This document shows, piece after piece, positions 1 to 9,299 of a DNA stretch of 64,000 nucleotides. The notes under the pieces were generated by a model, which was not told where the DNA came from, did not search any database, and was given only the letters and a program-made list of their open reading frames with translations. Made by a program: the position numbers and the translations under genes. The DNA is from Candidatus Eiseniibacteriota bacterium (lineage in GTDB: Bacteria > Eisenbacteria > RBG-16-71-46): assembly GCA_963725865.1 (NCBI GenBank), contig CAVSAC010000014.1:480001-544000 (forward strand). Direction: 5' to 3'. Each line of letters starts with the position of its first letter. The stretch's first letter is position 1.

Positions 1-2
1 TC

Positions 3-458
3 GCCGCCGCGCTCGGGCGTGAGGACCACACGCTGAAGCGGGCGCTCAGCGACCCGCGCCTGTTCAGCGGCATCGGGAACGCGTACTCCGACGAGATCCT
101 CCATCGCGCGCGCCTCTCGCCGCTGCGGCGCACCACGCAGCTCGATGAGTCCGAGGTCGCCGCGCTGTACGCGGCGACCCGCGCGATCCTCACGGAGTGG
201 ACCGAGCGCCTGCGCGCCGCGACGGGCGAGGCGTTCCCGGAGCGCGTCACCGCGTTCCGGGACGGCATGGCGGTGCACGGGCGCCACCGCCAGCCGTGCC
301 CGACGTGCGGCGCGCCGATCCAGCGCATCGTCTACGCGGAGCACGAGACGAACTATTGCGCGCGCTGCCAGACCGGCGGCCGGCTGCTCGCCGACCGCGC
401 GCTGTCACGCCTGCTCAAGGCCGACTGGCCGCGCACGCTCGAGGAGCTCGAGGGCTGA
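3..458 (+). CDS. Fpg/Nei family DNA glycosylase, C-terminal part (starts before the window)
   Basis: Frame reads [26 protein letters not shown] (H2TH) and CPTCG...NYCARCQ (Fpg zinc finger). Confidence 0.9.
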   Translation, partial: AAALGREDHTLKRALSDPRLFSGIGNAYSDEILHRARLSPLRRTTQLDESEVAALYAATRAILTEWTERLRAATGEAFPERVTAFRDGMAVHGRHRQPCPTCGAPIQRIVYAEHETNYCARCQTGGRLLADRALSRLLKADWPRTLEELEG

Positions 459-530
459 GGTCGGCCCGCGCGCGCCGCGGGCCGCGGCGCCGCGCCGGCC
501 TCCGTCGCAACCACGGCGGTTCGCGGCGGA

Positions 531-1427
531 CTAGCGATAGCGCAGCTTGAGCCGCCCCCAGGTGGAGCCGGCGACGGGCGTGGGGATCACCCACAGGTCG
601 GTGATCGGCGCGTTGATGGTGCCCGACGCGAATGCCGGCAGGCTCAGCGCGTCGCAGATGGTGCGCAGGACGGAGTAGTGGTTGACGCGCGCGCTGCTGG
701 CGTAGCCACTCTTGACCATCGGGCCCGCGAACACCGTCAGGATGTGGTTGCTCGAGCTGCCGTCGTCCTCGTCCCAGGTCAGGATGACGACGCCGCGCGG
801 ACCGACCGCGGCGATCATCGCGGGCAGGTTCGCCGCCAGCCACGCGTCCCCCACTCCGATCGCGCAATCGTGCGTGTTGTTGCACTGGTTCGGGATCACG
901 TACGCCAGGTTCGGCAGCGCACCGGCCGCGATGTCCGTCCACAGGTCGCCGAGCGGCCGCTCGTGATCGTGGCTCAGATTGGTGAAGTAGCTCCACGGGC
1001 AGTGCCGGCGGACGTAGCTGGGCGCCGTGCAGACGGTGCTCCCCACCGCGGGCAGCCCCTCGCTGTAGGAGCGCCAGGTGCGGCCCGCGGCCTCGCACGC
1101 GTGGCCGAGATTCTCGTACGGCCACGGGGATCCCGCCGGCGGGCACACGTCGTTCGAGACCAGCGGCACTCCGCACCACATCGCGATGTAGTTGGGCTGC
1201 GACGGATGGGTGATCGCGAACATGTTCGTCAGCGTGCTCTGGGCCGCGATCAGGCTCGCGGTGTACGGCTGCACGCGGGTCTGGTCGTAGCTCTTGTTCT
1301 CCATCACGACGACCAGCACGTGGTCGAGCGGTGGCACGCCCTGGGCGCTCGCGCTCGTCGCGGCGGCGAGCAGGGCGAGCAGGAGCGCGCAGCGGGCGGC
1401 TGTGGGAAAGGCGGCGAGGAGGCGCAT
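531..1427 (-). CDS. Secreted phosphoesterase/acid phosphatase (alkaline phosphatase superfamily) with C-terminal TWGRLKLRYR tail
   Basis: Signal peptide; HVLVVVMENKSY, HPSQPNY, HD, TWDE and NHYSVLRTI motifs. Confidence 0.85.
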   Translation of the reverse strand: MRLLAAFPTAARCALLLALLAAATSASAQGVPPLDHVLVVVMENKSYDQTRVQPYTASLIAAQSTLTNMFAITHPSQPNYIAMWCGVPLVSNDVCPPAGSPWPYENLGHACEAAGRTWRSYSEGLPAVGSTVCTAPSYVRRHCPWSYFTNLSHDHERPLGDLWTDIAAGALPNLAYVIPNQCNNTHDCAIGVGDAWLAANLPAMIAAVGPRGVVILTWDEDDGSSSNHILTVFAGPMVKSGYASSARVNHYSVLRTICDALSLPAFASGTINAPITDLWVIPTPVAGSTWGRLKLRYR

Positions 1428-1577
1428 CGGCAGGGATGTCCTTCGGTCGAGAGGGGGCGCCCACGGAGCGGCGCGAGCAGGTCGGGCCCGGGGAGCGGAC
1501 CGATTCGAGGGAGCGGAGTATGGCGACCCGGCGTCCGGGCGTCCACGGTTTCGTGCGCCCGCCGGCCGAATCCTCGC

Positions 1578-1991
1578 TCAGTAGATCGGCCAGGTACTCG
1601 GCGTGACCAGCTCCACCGAGTGCCCGTCGGGGTCGCGCAGGTACAGGCTGCGCCCGCCGCGCGACCACTCCACCCGGCTCTCGACCTCGACCCCGCGCTC
1701 GGCGAGCCGCGCTTCCCAGTCCGCGAACTCCGCCGCGGGGATCGCGAATCCCACGTGCACCGGGCCCGCGCCGTCGTGCGGCGGGATGCGACCGCCGCCG
1801 GTCTCGATGCCCGCCAGCGAGGCGCCGCGGCGGAACAGCAGCAGCACGTTGGCGCCGCCCGCGTCCAGCGCTGCCAGCCGCGCGTCCGCACTCATCACGC
1901 GCAGCCCGAGCACGCCGGCGTAGAACGCCTGCGCCCGCGCCACGTCCTCGACGTAGAGCGCCGTCTCCACGATCCGCGTGATGGTCGGCAT
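1578..1991 (-). CDS. VOC/glyoxalase family protein
   Basis: ETALYVEDVARAQAFY...HVGF...SLYLRDPDGHSVEL. Confidence 0.9.
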   Translation of the reverse strand: MPTITRIVETALYVEDVARAQAFYAGVLGLRVMSADARLAALDAGGANVLLLFRRGASLAGIETGGGRIPPHDGAGPVHVGFAIPAAEFADWEARLAERGVEVESRVEWSRGGRSLYLRDPDGHSVELVTPSTWPIY

Positions 1992-2016
1992 GGGTCGCCT
2001 CGAACGATCCCGGCGG

Positions 2017-2706
2017 TCAGTAGACGACCGGCTTCACGGCGGCGGCGCCCCACAGCTCGCGCAGCCGGCGGTCGCGGCCGCAGCCCTCGCGATAGGAGTG
2101 GTAGCGCTCCCAGTCCTTCTTCCAGAAGTCCTGGTGGTAGCCCTCCGCGGGGTAGAACGGGCCCGCGGGCACGATGCGCGTCACGATCGGCTGCTTCAAC
2201 ACGTGCGACGCCTCGAGCCGGCGCCTGGACTCCTCCGCCAGCCGCGACTGTTCCGCGCCGCGCGGGAAGATCGCGGAGCGGTACTCGGTGCCGCGGTCGC
2301 AGAACTGGCCGTCGTCCTGGGTGGGATCGATGCTGTGCCAGTACAGGTCGAGCAGCTGCGCATACGAGATGCGCGCGGGATCGAATCGCACCTCGATCGA
2401 CTCGAGGTGACCGGTGGTGCCGGTGCCGACCTGTTCGTAGGTGGGGTTCACCTGGTGGCCGCCGGTGTAGCCCGACACCACCGCGAGGATCCCCGGCCGG
2501 CCCTCGAACTGGGTCTCCATGCACCAGAAGCACCCGCCCGCGAAGATCGCGGCGTCGGTGCTCGCCGTTCGCCCGGCGCCGGGCGTCGCCGGTGTCGCGG
2601 CGAGCGTGCGGGCGGGTGGCGCCTTCGGCGCGGCGGCGCGGGCGGCGAACGGATTCGCGAGCGCGGACAGGAGGGCGAATGCCGGGATCCAGCGGGCGGG
2701 TCTCAC
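2017..2706 (-). CDS. msrA: Peptide-methionine (S)-S-oxide reductase, exported
   Basis: FAGGCFWCME, GYTGG, FYPAEGYHQDF; N-terminal signal peptide. Confidence 0.95.
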   Translation of the reverse strand: MRPARWIPAFALLSALANPFAARAAAPKAPPARTLAATPATPGAGRTASTDAAIFAGGCFWCMETQFEGRPGILAVVSGYTGGHQVNPTYEQVGTGTTGHLESIEVRFDPARISYAQLLDLYWHSIDPTQDDGQFCDRGTEYRSAIFPRGAEQSRLAEESRRRLEASHVLKQPIVTRIVPAGPFYPAEGYHQDFWKKDWERYHSYREGCGRDRRLRELWGAAAVKPVVY

Positions 2707-2796
2707 AGGTTCTCTCCGGGTCAGGGGGCGGCCCTGCGGGCATGGCTTCCGCTTGGATGCATCGAGCGCGGATCCGGCGCGCGCTCTCGCCGGCGG

Positions 2797-5700
2797 CTAC
2801 TCCCCGGTCGCGGTGAACGCCGCCCAGTAGAAGGGGTTCGTCACGCGCCCGTCCCGGCGACGGGCCGCGAGCATCGCGCGACTCGCCGCGCGCACCGCGG
2901 CGCTCGCCTGCAGCCCCGCCGCGCGCGCGTCGTAGAGCGCGCTCATCCACTCGTGCGTGGCCTGGTCGGCCACCGGCCACTGGCTGGCGATCACCGCCCG
3001 GGCGCCGGCGAGCTGGAACGCGCGTCGCATGCCGAGCACGCCCTCGTGTGCCCATACCGGGGCCACGCCCGACTGGCAGGCCGACAGCACCACCCAGTCG
3101 GTGCCTCGCAGGTCGAGCGTGGTGATCTCCTCGGCGGTCAGCAGTCCTTCGTTCTCGTCGCGGGTCTCCGACGGCGGGCGATTCGCACCCGCCAGCGCGA
3201 GCCACACCTGCCGGCCCAGCCACGTCGACGCCGGTCGGGCGGTGACTTCCGCACCCGGGGCCGGGACGCGCGCGGCGCGGCGAGTCGAGCGGGCCGGCGC
3301 GAGGTCCTCCACGCCGCCCATGCCGCGCGTCCCGGCACCGACGCGGGCCCGGCAGGTGTCCTCGAACACCACGCCGTGCGTCGCCAGGTGGATCACGCGC
3401 TGCCCCGGCGCGTCGCGTTTGAACGTGGCCTCGTCGGCGGCGGCGCCGACGAGCAGCTCCGGTCGGCCTCCATTCGCCGGCCAGCGCCGCGCGATATCCT
3501 CGGCCTCCGCGCGGGCGGCCGGCAGCGGAGGCAGCGCCACCGGCTCGCCGCTGCACGGCCAGCTGCGCGCGCGCAGCAGCATGGCGACGGGTGGCGGCGC
3601 GGTTGCGGGCTCGCCGGCCACGTCGAAGTCGGGCCCGCCGACCGCGAGCAATCCGCTGGTGGCGGGCGCGGTGGCAGACGGCAGCAGGTCGCGCTCGGCG
3701 TTGAGCACGCGGATCACGAGTGGGTCGTCGGCGAGGTAGCGGCCCCCGCGCTCGGGGAGCGCGAGCCAGGGGAGCTCGAACACCGGGCCCTCCGGGACCA
3801 GCAGCGCCTCGCGCGTCGCTCCCAGCTCGCGCGCGATCGGATCCCACACGCTCGCCCGCACACTCGCACCGAGCAATCGGCAAGCCTGCTCCTCGCGGCG
3901 CGCCTCGGTGGGATCGCGGGGCGGCACCGCCAGCCGCCGTGTCCACTCGCGGATCCCGGCCTCGATCTCGGAACTCGCTCCCAGCGACACGAAGCGCACC
4001 CGCTGGTCGCGCCCGCTCGCCACGAACGCCCCGAGGCGCGGCGCCTCCGCGCCGGTGCCCGCGCTCGCGAACGCGATCAGCGCCTGGTCCGGACCGAGGC
4101 GTTCGAGCACGCGCCGCAGACTCACGGAATCGTCCGCGCTCACGCTGCCGCTGGCGAGGCGCACGTAGCGCCGCTCCGCCTCCTCGGCGTCGTGACGCGC
4201 GGCCTCGAACCGCTCCGCGCTGGCGGGATCGTCGGGGTGCGCGGAACCGCTCACCACCAGTTGCGCCAGTCGCCGCTGGGCGCTCAGCCACCGACCGTGT
4301 GCCGCGGCCAGCGCGGTGTCGGTACCGGCCCCCGCGGGCAGCCGGCGACGCGCGATCTCGTGACCGACGAGTCCGCGCCAGCGGACGATGCGGTCCCACG
4401 CGGTGGCCAGCTCGGACTCGTGGTCGGGCCGCGCGAGCTCGACCAGCAGGTCGCACGGCGCACCGAGCCGCAGGGCGAGTTGGAGCGCGCGCCGGTCCGG
4501 CAGCGCCTGGAGCGCGAAGCCGAGTCGGGCGCGGGCGCGCTGTTCGGCCTCGAGCGCCAGGTCCCAGGCCGGCTCGTGCAGCCCCAGGCGCGCGTCCGCG
4601 GCGGCCTGCGCGCCGAGCAGGTCGATCCACTCGGGAGTGGAGCGCACGCGGGTGCTGTCGCGCAGGCGTGCGACCGCGGCGCCGAGCCCCTCCGCGTATC
4701 CGCGATCCTCCGGGCCGCGAGTGGTTTCCAGGGCCTGGCCGAGCAGCGATGCCAGATCGGTCCCCACCCGATCGCCCCGCCGCGTCTCGTGGCGGATCGC
4801 GAGGTCGAGCGTCTCGCGTGCGGCGGCGACGTGGCCGCGCGCGACCTCCAGCCGGGCCTCGCTCGAGCGGAACAAGGCTTCGTTCTCGTTCGCGAGCGCC
4901 TCCTGCCGCGCGAGCGCCGGCCCCACGATCGCCAGCTCGCGTGCTGCGCGCGCCGTATCGCCCACCACGATCAGGTTGTCGACCAGCACGAGCCGCGCGT
5001 TGATCGACTGGGGATTCGCCGGCCCGACCTTGGCGTCCATGACCGCGAGCGCCGGCTCGAGCAGCGCGGCCGCGGCCGGATGATCCCCGAGGTCCTCGAG
5101 GCGATAGGCGAGCACGATGCGCCGCATCGCCGTCTCGCGCGCGTCGTCGCCCACGCGCCGCCGCGTGAGCTCGAAGGCACGCTGCGCCAGCTCGATCGAT
5201 TCCGCGAGGTTGCCGATGCGGCGTTCGAGCGTCGAGAGGCGCGCGATCGAGCCCTCGAGATAATCGCTCATCGACGCGGTGTCCCTCGCGCTGTTGCGCA
5301 CCGCGCGCATCAGCAGCGCGCGCGCGGCGTCGAACTCGCCCACCCGCACCAGGAACTCGCCGTACTGCGCGAGGGTCGGGACCAGCGTGGGGGCATCGCG
5401 ACCGAGCCGGGTCTCGCGCAGCAGCAGCGCCTTCTCGAACGCAGCGCGGGCGGCGGTGACGTGCCCCAGCCGCGACTGCGCCACGCCCAGCGCCATCTCG
5501 CACTGGGCCATCAGAAGCGTGTCCGGTGGCGACGACGCTCCGAGCACCCGCAGCGCCTCTTCGCCGTGCGCGCACGCCTCGTCCACCCGGCCGCCGTCGG
5601 TGTAGAGCACCGCGGCGGTGACGTGGGCCGCCGCGAGGACGCGATCGCCCGCGGGCGCGCGCCGGGCGCGGATCGCGATCCCGCGCTCGAGCGCCTCGTA

Positions 5701-6042
5701 GCCCTGGCCGTCCACGTACAGGTTGCGCTTGAGCCGCGAGGTCCCGATCGCGATCAGGGCACGCGCGTACTCCATCGAGTCCGGCGCCGGAGCCTGGGCG
5801 AACCGCCCGACGATCACGTGCGCGAGGCTCTCGGACGCCGCCCAGCGGAATCGCGACTCGAGTCCCTGCAGCGTGTCCCAGACCGCGGCGGTCGGCGCGG
5901 GGACGATGAGCGTGGCGGACGAGAGCGCGGCGGACACCGCGGCGGAGCCCCTCGCAGCACGCGGCGGGGCCGCGCCCGCGGAGACGGTCATCGTCACCCC
6001 AACGGCCATCCAGCATGCGAGCGCGAGCATCGTCCGTCGCAT
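2797..6042 (-). CDS. Exported TPR-repeat + CHAT (caspase-like) protease
   Basis: Hydrophobic N-terminus, TPR-like helical repeats, intact IHLATHG and VLSACQSG catalytic motifs, C-terminal PFYWAAF. Confidence 0.88.
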   Translation of the reverse strand: MRRTMLALACWMAVGVTMTVSAGAAPPRAARGSAAVSAALSSATLIVPAPTAAVWDTLQGLESRFRWAASESLAHVIVGRFAQAPAPDSMEYARALIAIGTSRLKRNLYVDGQGYEALERGIAIRARRAPAGDRVLAAAHVTAAVLYTDGGRVDEACAHGEEALRVLGASSPPDTLLMAQCEMALGVAQSRLGHVTAARAAFEKALLLRETRLGRDAPTLVPTLAQYGEFLVRVGEFDAARALLMRAVRNSARDTASMSDYLEGSIARLSTLERRIGNLAESIELAQRAFELTRRRVGDDARETAMRRIVLAYRLEDLGDHPAAAALLEPALAVMDAKVGPANPQSINARLVLVDNLIVVGDTARAARELAIVGPALARQEALANENEALFRSSEARLEVARGHVAAARETLDLAIRHETRRGDRVGTDLASLLGQALETTRGPEDRGYAEGLGAAVARLRDSTRVRSTPEWIDLLGAQAAADARLGLHEPAWDLALEAEQRARARLGFALQALPDRRALQLALRLGAPCDLLVELARPDHESELATAWDRIVRWRGLVGHEIARRRLPAGAGTDTALAAAHGRWLSAQRRLAQLVVSGSAHPDDPASAERFEAARHDAEEAERRYVRLASGSVSADDSVSLRRVLERLGPDQALIAFASAGTGAEAPRLGAFVASGRDQRVRFVSLGASSEIEAGIREWTRRLAVPPRDPTEARREEQACRLLGASVRASVWDPIARELGATREALLVPEGPVFELPWLALPERGGRYLADDPLVIRVLNAERDLLPSATAPATSGLLAVGGPDFDVAGEPATAPPPVAMLLRARSWPCSGEPVALPPLPAARAEAEDIARRWPANGGRPELLVGAAADEATFKRDAPGQRVIHLATHGVVFEDTCRARVGAGTRGMGGVEDLAPARSTRRAARVPAPGAEVTARPASTWLGRQVWLALAGANRPPSETRDENEGLLTAEEITTLDLRGTDWVVLSACQSGVAPVWAHEGVLGMRRAFQLAGARAVIASQWPVADQATHEWMSALYDARAAGLQASAAVRAASRAMLAARRRDGRVTNPFYWAAFTATGE

Positions 6043-6045
6043 CGC

Positions 6046-7758
6046 TCAGCGCAGCGGATTCTCGAGGACCACCTGGCGCACCCAGGTCCCGCGCACCGCC
6101 TGCTCGCCACCGGCGAGCGATCGGATGTGCTCGAACAGCAGCGCCGGCCGCTGGGGAGTCCCGCCCGTCTCGATCTCGCTGAGCCCCGCCATCCCGCGCA
6201 GGCGGTCCATGGTGCTGGATTCGACGCGCGCGTACTGGATCGGGTGGCCGGGCACCGGCGCGGGCAGCCGGCGCAGCTCCGCCTCGAGCTCCGGCAGGGG
6301 TTCCGGAGTCGCCACCACGAGCAGGTGCTCGCGGCCGCCGCGACTCGTCACCGTCCAGGCGTTCTCGCGACCATCGCGCGTGCCCGGCAGCAGGACCGTC
6401 GAATCGCCGGGAACGGGATTCCCGCGATCGAACATGGGCTGCGGGAAGAGCAGGTAGTTCTCGCCGCGTTCGTCGGCGTCGAGCACGTAGACCCACACCT
6501 CTCGCGTCGACCGGAACTCGAGCGAGACGCGATCGCCCGGTGCGACCCGGTCGCCCGATTCGAGGTGCACGCGACCATCGCGGCCGTGCCGCAGGAAGCC
6601 GGCGGACACGTCGTACGCGACCGATGCCGGTGCGACCGCCGCGGGGGGCGCGCGGCGGGGAGCCCGCTGCGTCGCCACCCACGCCGCGATCAACGCCACC
6701 AGCAGCACCGCGAGCCCGAGGCCCGCGCGTGCCCGCAGCGTGGACGGGGCGGGCGTGCGCGACGCGGCACCGGCGGCTTCGAACTCCGCGGCGAGCGCGG
6801 CCGCGTCCGCGAATCGCTCGCGCGGGTCGGACGCCATCGCCCGCTCGATCGCGTCGGTCAGTCGCACGGGAGCGTCGGGTCGCACGGCTCGCAGCGGGCG
6901 GCGCGCTCCCGCGGCCACCGCCGCCCGCAGCTGCTCGAGCGTCTCGGCGCGGTACGGCGGCTCGCCGGCGAGCGCGCAGAACAGGGTGACGCCGAGCGCG
7001 TAGAGGTCGTCGGTCGGCTTCGCGGCCGCGCCCGCGAGGCGCTGCGGCGACATGTACAGCGGCGTGCCCGAGAACGGCGCCGGATCGCGCTCCACGGAGG
7101 GTCGCTGGCCGAGTCCGAAGTCCGTCAGCACCGCGCGGCCATCGCTCTCGAGGACGATGTTCGCGGGCTTCACGTCGCGGTGGACGGTGGCGGACGCGTG
7201 CACCGCCCGCAGCGCCCGCCCGAGCTGGGCGCCGAGTCCCGCGACCTCGTGCGCGGGGAGCGGACCGCGGCGGGCGAGCTCGTGTTCGAGCGTCGGGCCG
7301 TGCAGGAATTCCATCCACAGTCCCGCGCGCGCCTCGTGCTCGGCCGCGCCGAACACCGTCACCACGTGGGGGTCGCGCAGCCGCGCCAACGCGCGTGCCT
7401 CCTCGAGCCAGCGGGTCGGTTCGCCGGCGCCCGGTTGGCGAGGACGCATCAGCTTGAGCGCCACCTCGCGCTGGAGCGTGGTGTCCCAGGCACGGAACAC
7501 CTCGCCATCGGCGCCGGCACCCACCCGCTCGAGGAGCAGCAACTCGCCCCAGCGACCGAGGTCGCCGGGATCGGCGCCCGGCCGGGATTCCTGCTGCAGC
7601 CGCTGGTGGAACTCGGCCACTCGCGCCACGTCGCGCAGCGCGCGCACCTGGGTGCGCTGTTCGGCGCTTTCCACGCCCGCCTCGACCAGTTCCCAGTCGA
7701 CGGGCTCGCCCTCCGCGACCGACTCGATCACGGGATCGAACTTGGAGTCGTCAGTCAT
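6046..7758 (-). CDS. Membrane Ser/Thr protein kinase with C-terminal DUF4384-like domain
   Basis: GAGADGEV, VALK, HRDVKPAN, DFG, GTPLYMSP; one TM helix; GDRVSLEFRS...VYVLDADERGENYLLFP. Confidence 0.88.
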   Translation of the reverse strand: MTDDSKFDPVIESVAEGEPVDWELVEAGVESAEQRTQVRALRDVARVAEFHQRLQQESRPGADPGDLGRWGELLLLERVGAGADGEVFRAWDTTLQREVALKLMRPRQPGAGEPTRWLEEARALARLRDPHVVTVFGAAEHEARAGLWMEFLHGPTLEHELARRGPLPAHEVAGLGAQLGRALRAVHASATVHRDVKPANIVLESDGRAVLTDFGLGQRPSVERDPAPFSGTPLYMSPQRLAGAAAKPTDDLYALGVTLFCALAGEPPYRAETLEQLRAAVAAGARRPLRAVRPDAPVRLTDAIERAMASDPRERFADAAALAAEFEAAGAASRTPAPSTLRARAGLGLAVLLVALIAAWVATQRAPRRAPPAAVAPASVAYDVSAGFLRHGRDGRVHLESGDRVAPGDRVSLEFRSTREVWVYVLDADERGENYLLFPQPMFDRGNPVPGDSTVLLPGTRDGRENAWTVTSRGGREHLLVVATPEPLPELEAELRRLPAPVPGHPIQYARVESSTMDRLRGMAGLSEIETGGTPQRPALLFEHIRSLAGGEQAVRGTWVRQVVLENPLR

Positions 7759-8353
7759 GCGTGCCCATCGCTTCCGCGAGCCGCCGGAGCGCGCGCGTCA
7801 CCGCCACCCGGGCCGCGTCGCGGCTCGGACGATCGGCGATCGCCGCGATCTCGTCGAAGTCGTAGTCGAGCTCGATCCGCAGATGCAGCAATTGCTGCTC
7901 CTCGACCCGGAGGGTCGCAAGCGCGCGTTCGTAGCGTGCCGCCACGTCGGCGCCGATCGCCAACTCGAGCGGCGAGGGGGCCGCGCTCGCGAGGGACTCC
8001 GGGACGCCGTCCGGTCCCGGGCGGCGGTCCGCCCATCGGACCGCATCCCGGATACGGTTGAGCACCGCAGATCGAACATAGCCCTGGAATCCGCCCGGCC
8101 CCATGACCTCGATATGATCCAGCCGCTCGAGGGTGCGAAGCAGCGTCTCCTGCACGAGATCCGCGGTATCGAGCAGGCTGCGCGCGCGCATCGGAAGGCG
8201 GCCGCTGGCCCAGGCACGCAGCCTCGGCAGGTAGCGCGCCATGAGGGCGTCGAGCGCGACTCGATCACCCTCTTTGGCGCGCCGCAGGAGCTGCGTGGTG
8301 GCGGCCAGGGCATGCTCCGGTGCCGGTGATCCCGCGGTGACGGGCCTACTCAA
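7751..8353 (-). CDS. ECF-type RNA polymerase sigma factor (start uncertain, TTG after GGAGG)
   Basis: LLRRAKEGDRVALDALMARY, DTADLVQETLL, region 4 FDEIAAI...AARVAVTRALRRL; overlaps the kinase start. Confidence 0.88.
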   Translation of the reverse strand: MSRPVTAGSPAPEHALAATTQLLRRAKEGDRVALDALMARYLPRLRAWASGRLPMRARSLLDTADLVQETLLRTLERLDHIEVMGPGGFQGYVRSAVLNRIRDAVRWADRRPGPDGVPESLASAAPSPLELAIGADVAARYERALATLRVEEQQLLHLRIELDYDFDEIAAIADRPSRDAARVAVTRALRRLAEAMGTHD

Positions 8354-8704
8354 ACTCCCTCCGGATGCGGCCGGAAGCGCTTTCGCAACCGGTCGAGTAT
8401 AGCCGCGTCGCCGCGCGAGCGGCGGATGAATCGGGCGCCTCCGACGTTCGGATGGGCGTCGCGACCCGCCCCCCATCTCCGAGCTCGCGAGGAGCTGCGC
8501 AGGGCGCGAGGAACGGTGCTCCGCCGGGCGAGGGCGGGTGAGCCCGCGGCGTCCTTGCGGCGGGAAACCCCGCCTGAGTATCGTGCCGGCGCCGACGCTT
8601 CCGAGGACTTCGGCAGCCCGTGTCGCGCCCGCTTCACGCAGGGCTCGAGGGCCCAAGCTCGGGGAGCGAACCCCGCGCGGTCCCGGAACCGGAAGGAGTG
8701 CCGC

Positions 8705-9298
8705 TTGATCCTCTTCCCCATCCTGGCGCTCGTCGCCGTCGTGGTCGCGGTCCTGTTCGCCGCGGGCATCTACAACTCCATGGTCTCCGCGCGCAATCGC
8801 TTCAAGAACGCCTTCGCGCAGATCGACGTGCAGCTCACGCGCCGTTACGACCTGATCCCCAACCTGGTCGAGACGGCGAAGGGCTACCTGGCGCACGAAC
8901 GCGAGACGCTCGAAGCGGTCGTCCGCGCCCGCGCGGCCGCGGTCTCGGGCCTGGCGGCGGCCAAGGCGGACCCCTCGAGCGCGAGCAACATCCAGGCGCT
9001 GGGCGGCGCCGACGCCGCACTCACCGGAGCGCTCGGGCGCCTGCTCGCGGTCGCCGAAGCGTATCCGGATCTCAAGGCGAACCAGACCATGATGCAGCTC
9101 TCCGAGGAGCTCACCAGCACCGAGAACAAGGTGGCGTTCTCGCGCCAGGCGTTCAACGATGCGGTCATGAGCTACAACAACGCCTGCCAGGTGTTCCCGA
9201 ACAACCTGTTCGCGGGCATGTTCGGATTCCTGCCGGCCGAGATGCTGCCGATCGAAGACGCGGCCAAGCGCGAGGCGCCCAAGGTCTCGTTCCGCTGA
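8705..9298 (+). CDS. lemA: LemA family protein
   Basis: N-terminal TM, IDVQLTRRYDLIPNLVET, EAYPDLKAN, FPNNLFA; TTG start after AAGGAG. Confidence 0.92.
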   Translation: MILFPILALVAVVVAVLFAAGIYNSMVSARNRFKNAFAQIDVQLTRRYDLIPNLVETAKGYLAHERETLEAVVRARAAAVSGLAAAKADPSSASNIQALGGADAALTGALGRLLAVAEAYPDLKANQTMMQLSEELTSTENKVAFSRQAFNDAVMSYNNACQVFPNNLFAGMFGFLPAEMLPIEDAAKREAPKVSFR

Positions 9299-9299
9299 C

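Noticed and set aside
1895..8061. Very long ORFs 1895-7318 (-) and 1978-8061 (+), and many similar overlapping ORFs across the window
   Set aside because: Arg/Ala/Gly-rich shadow frames of real genes, expected at this GC content; no recognisable motifs.
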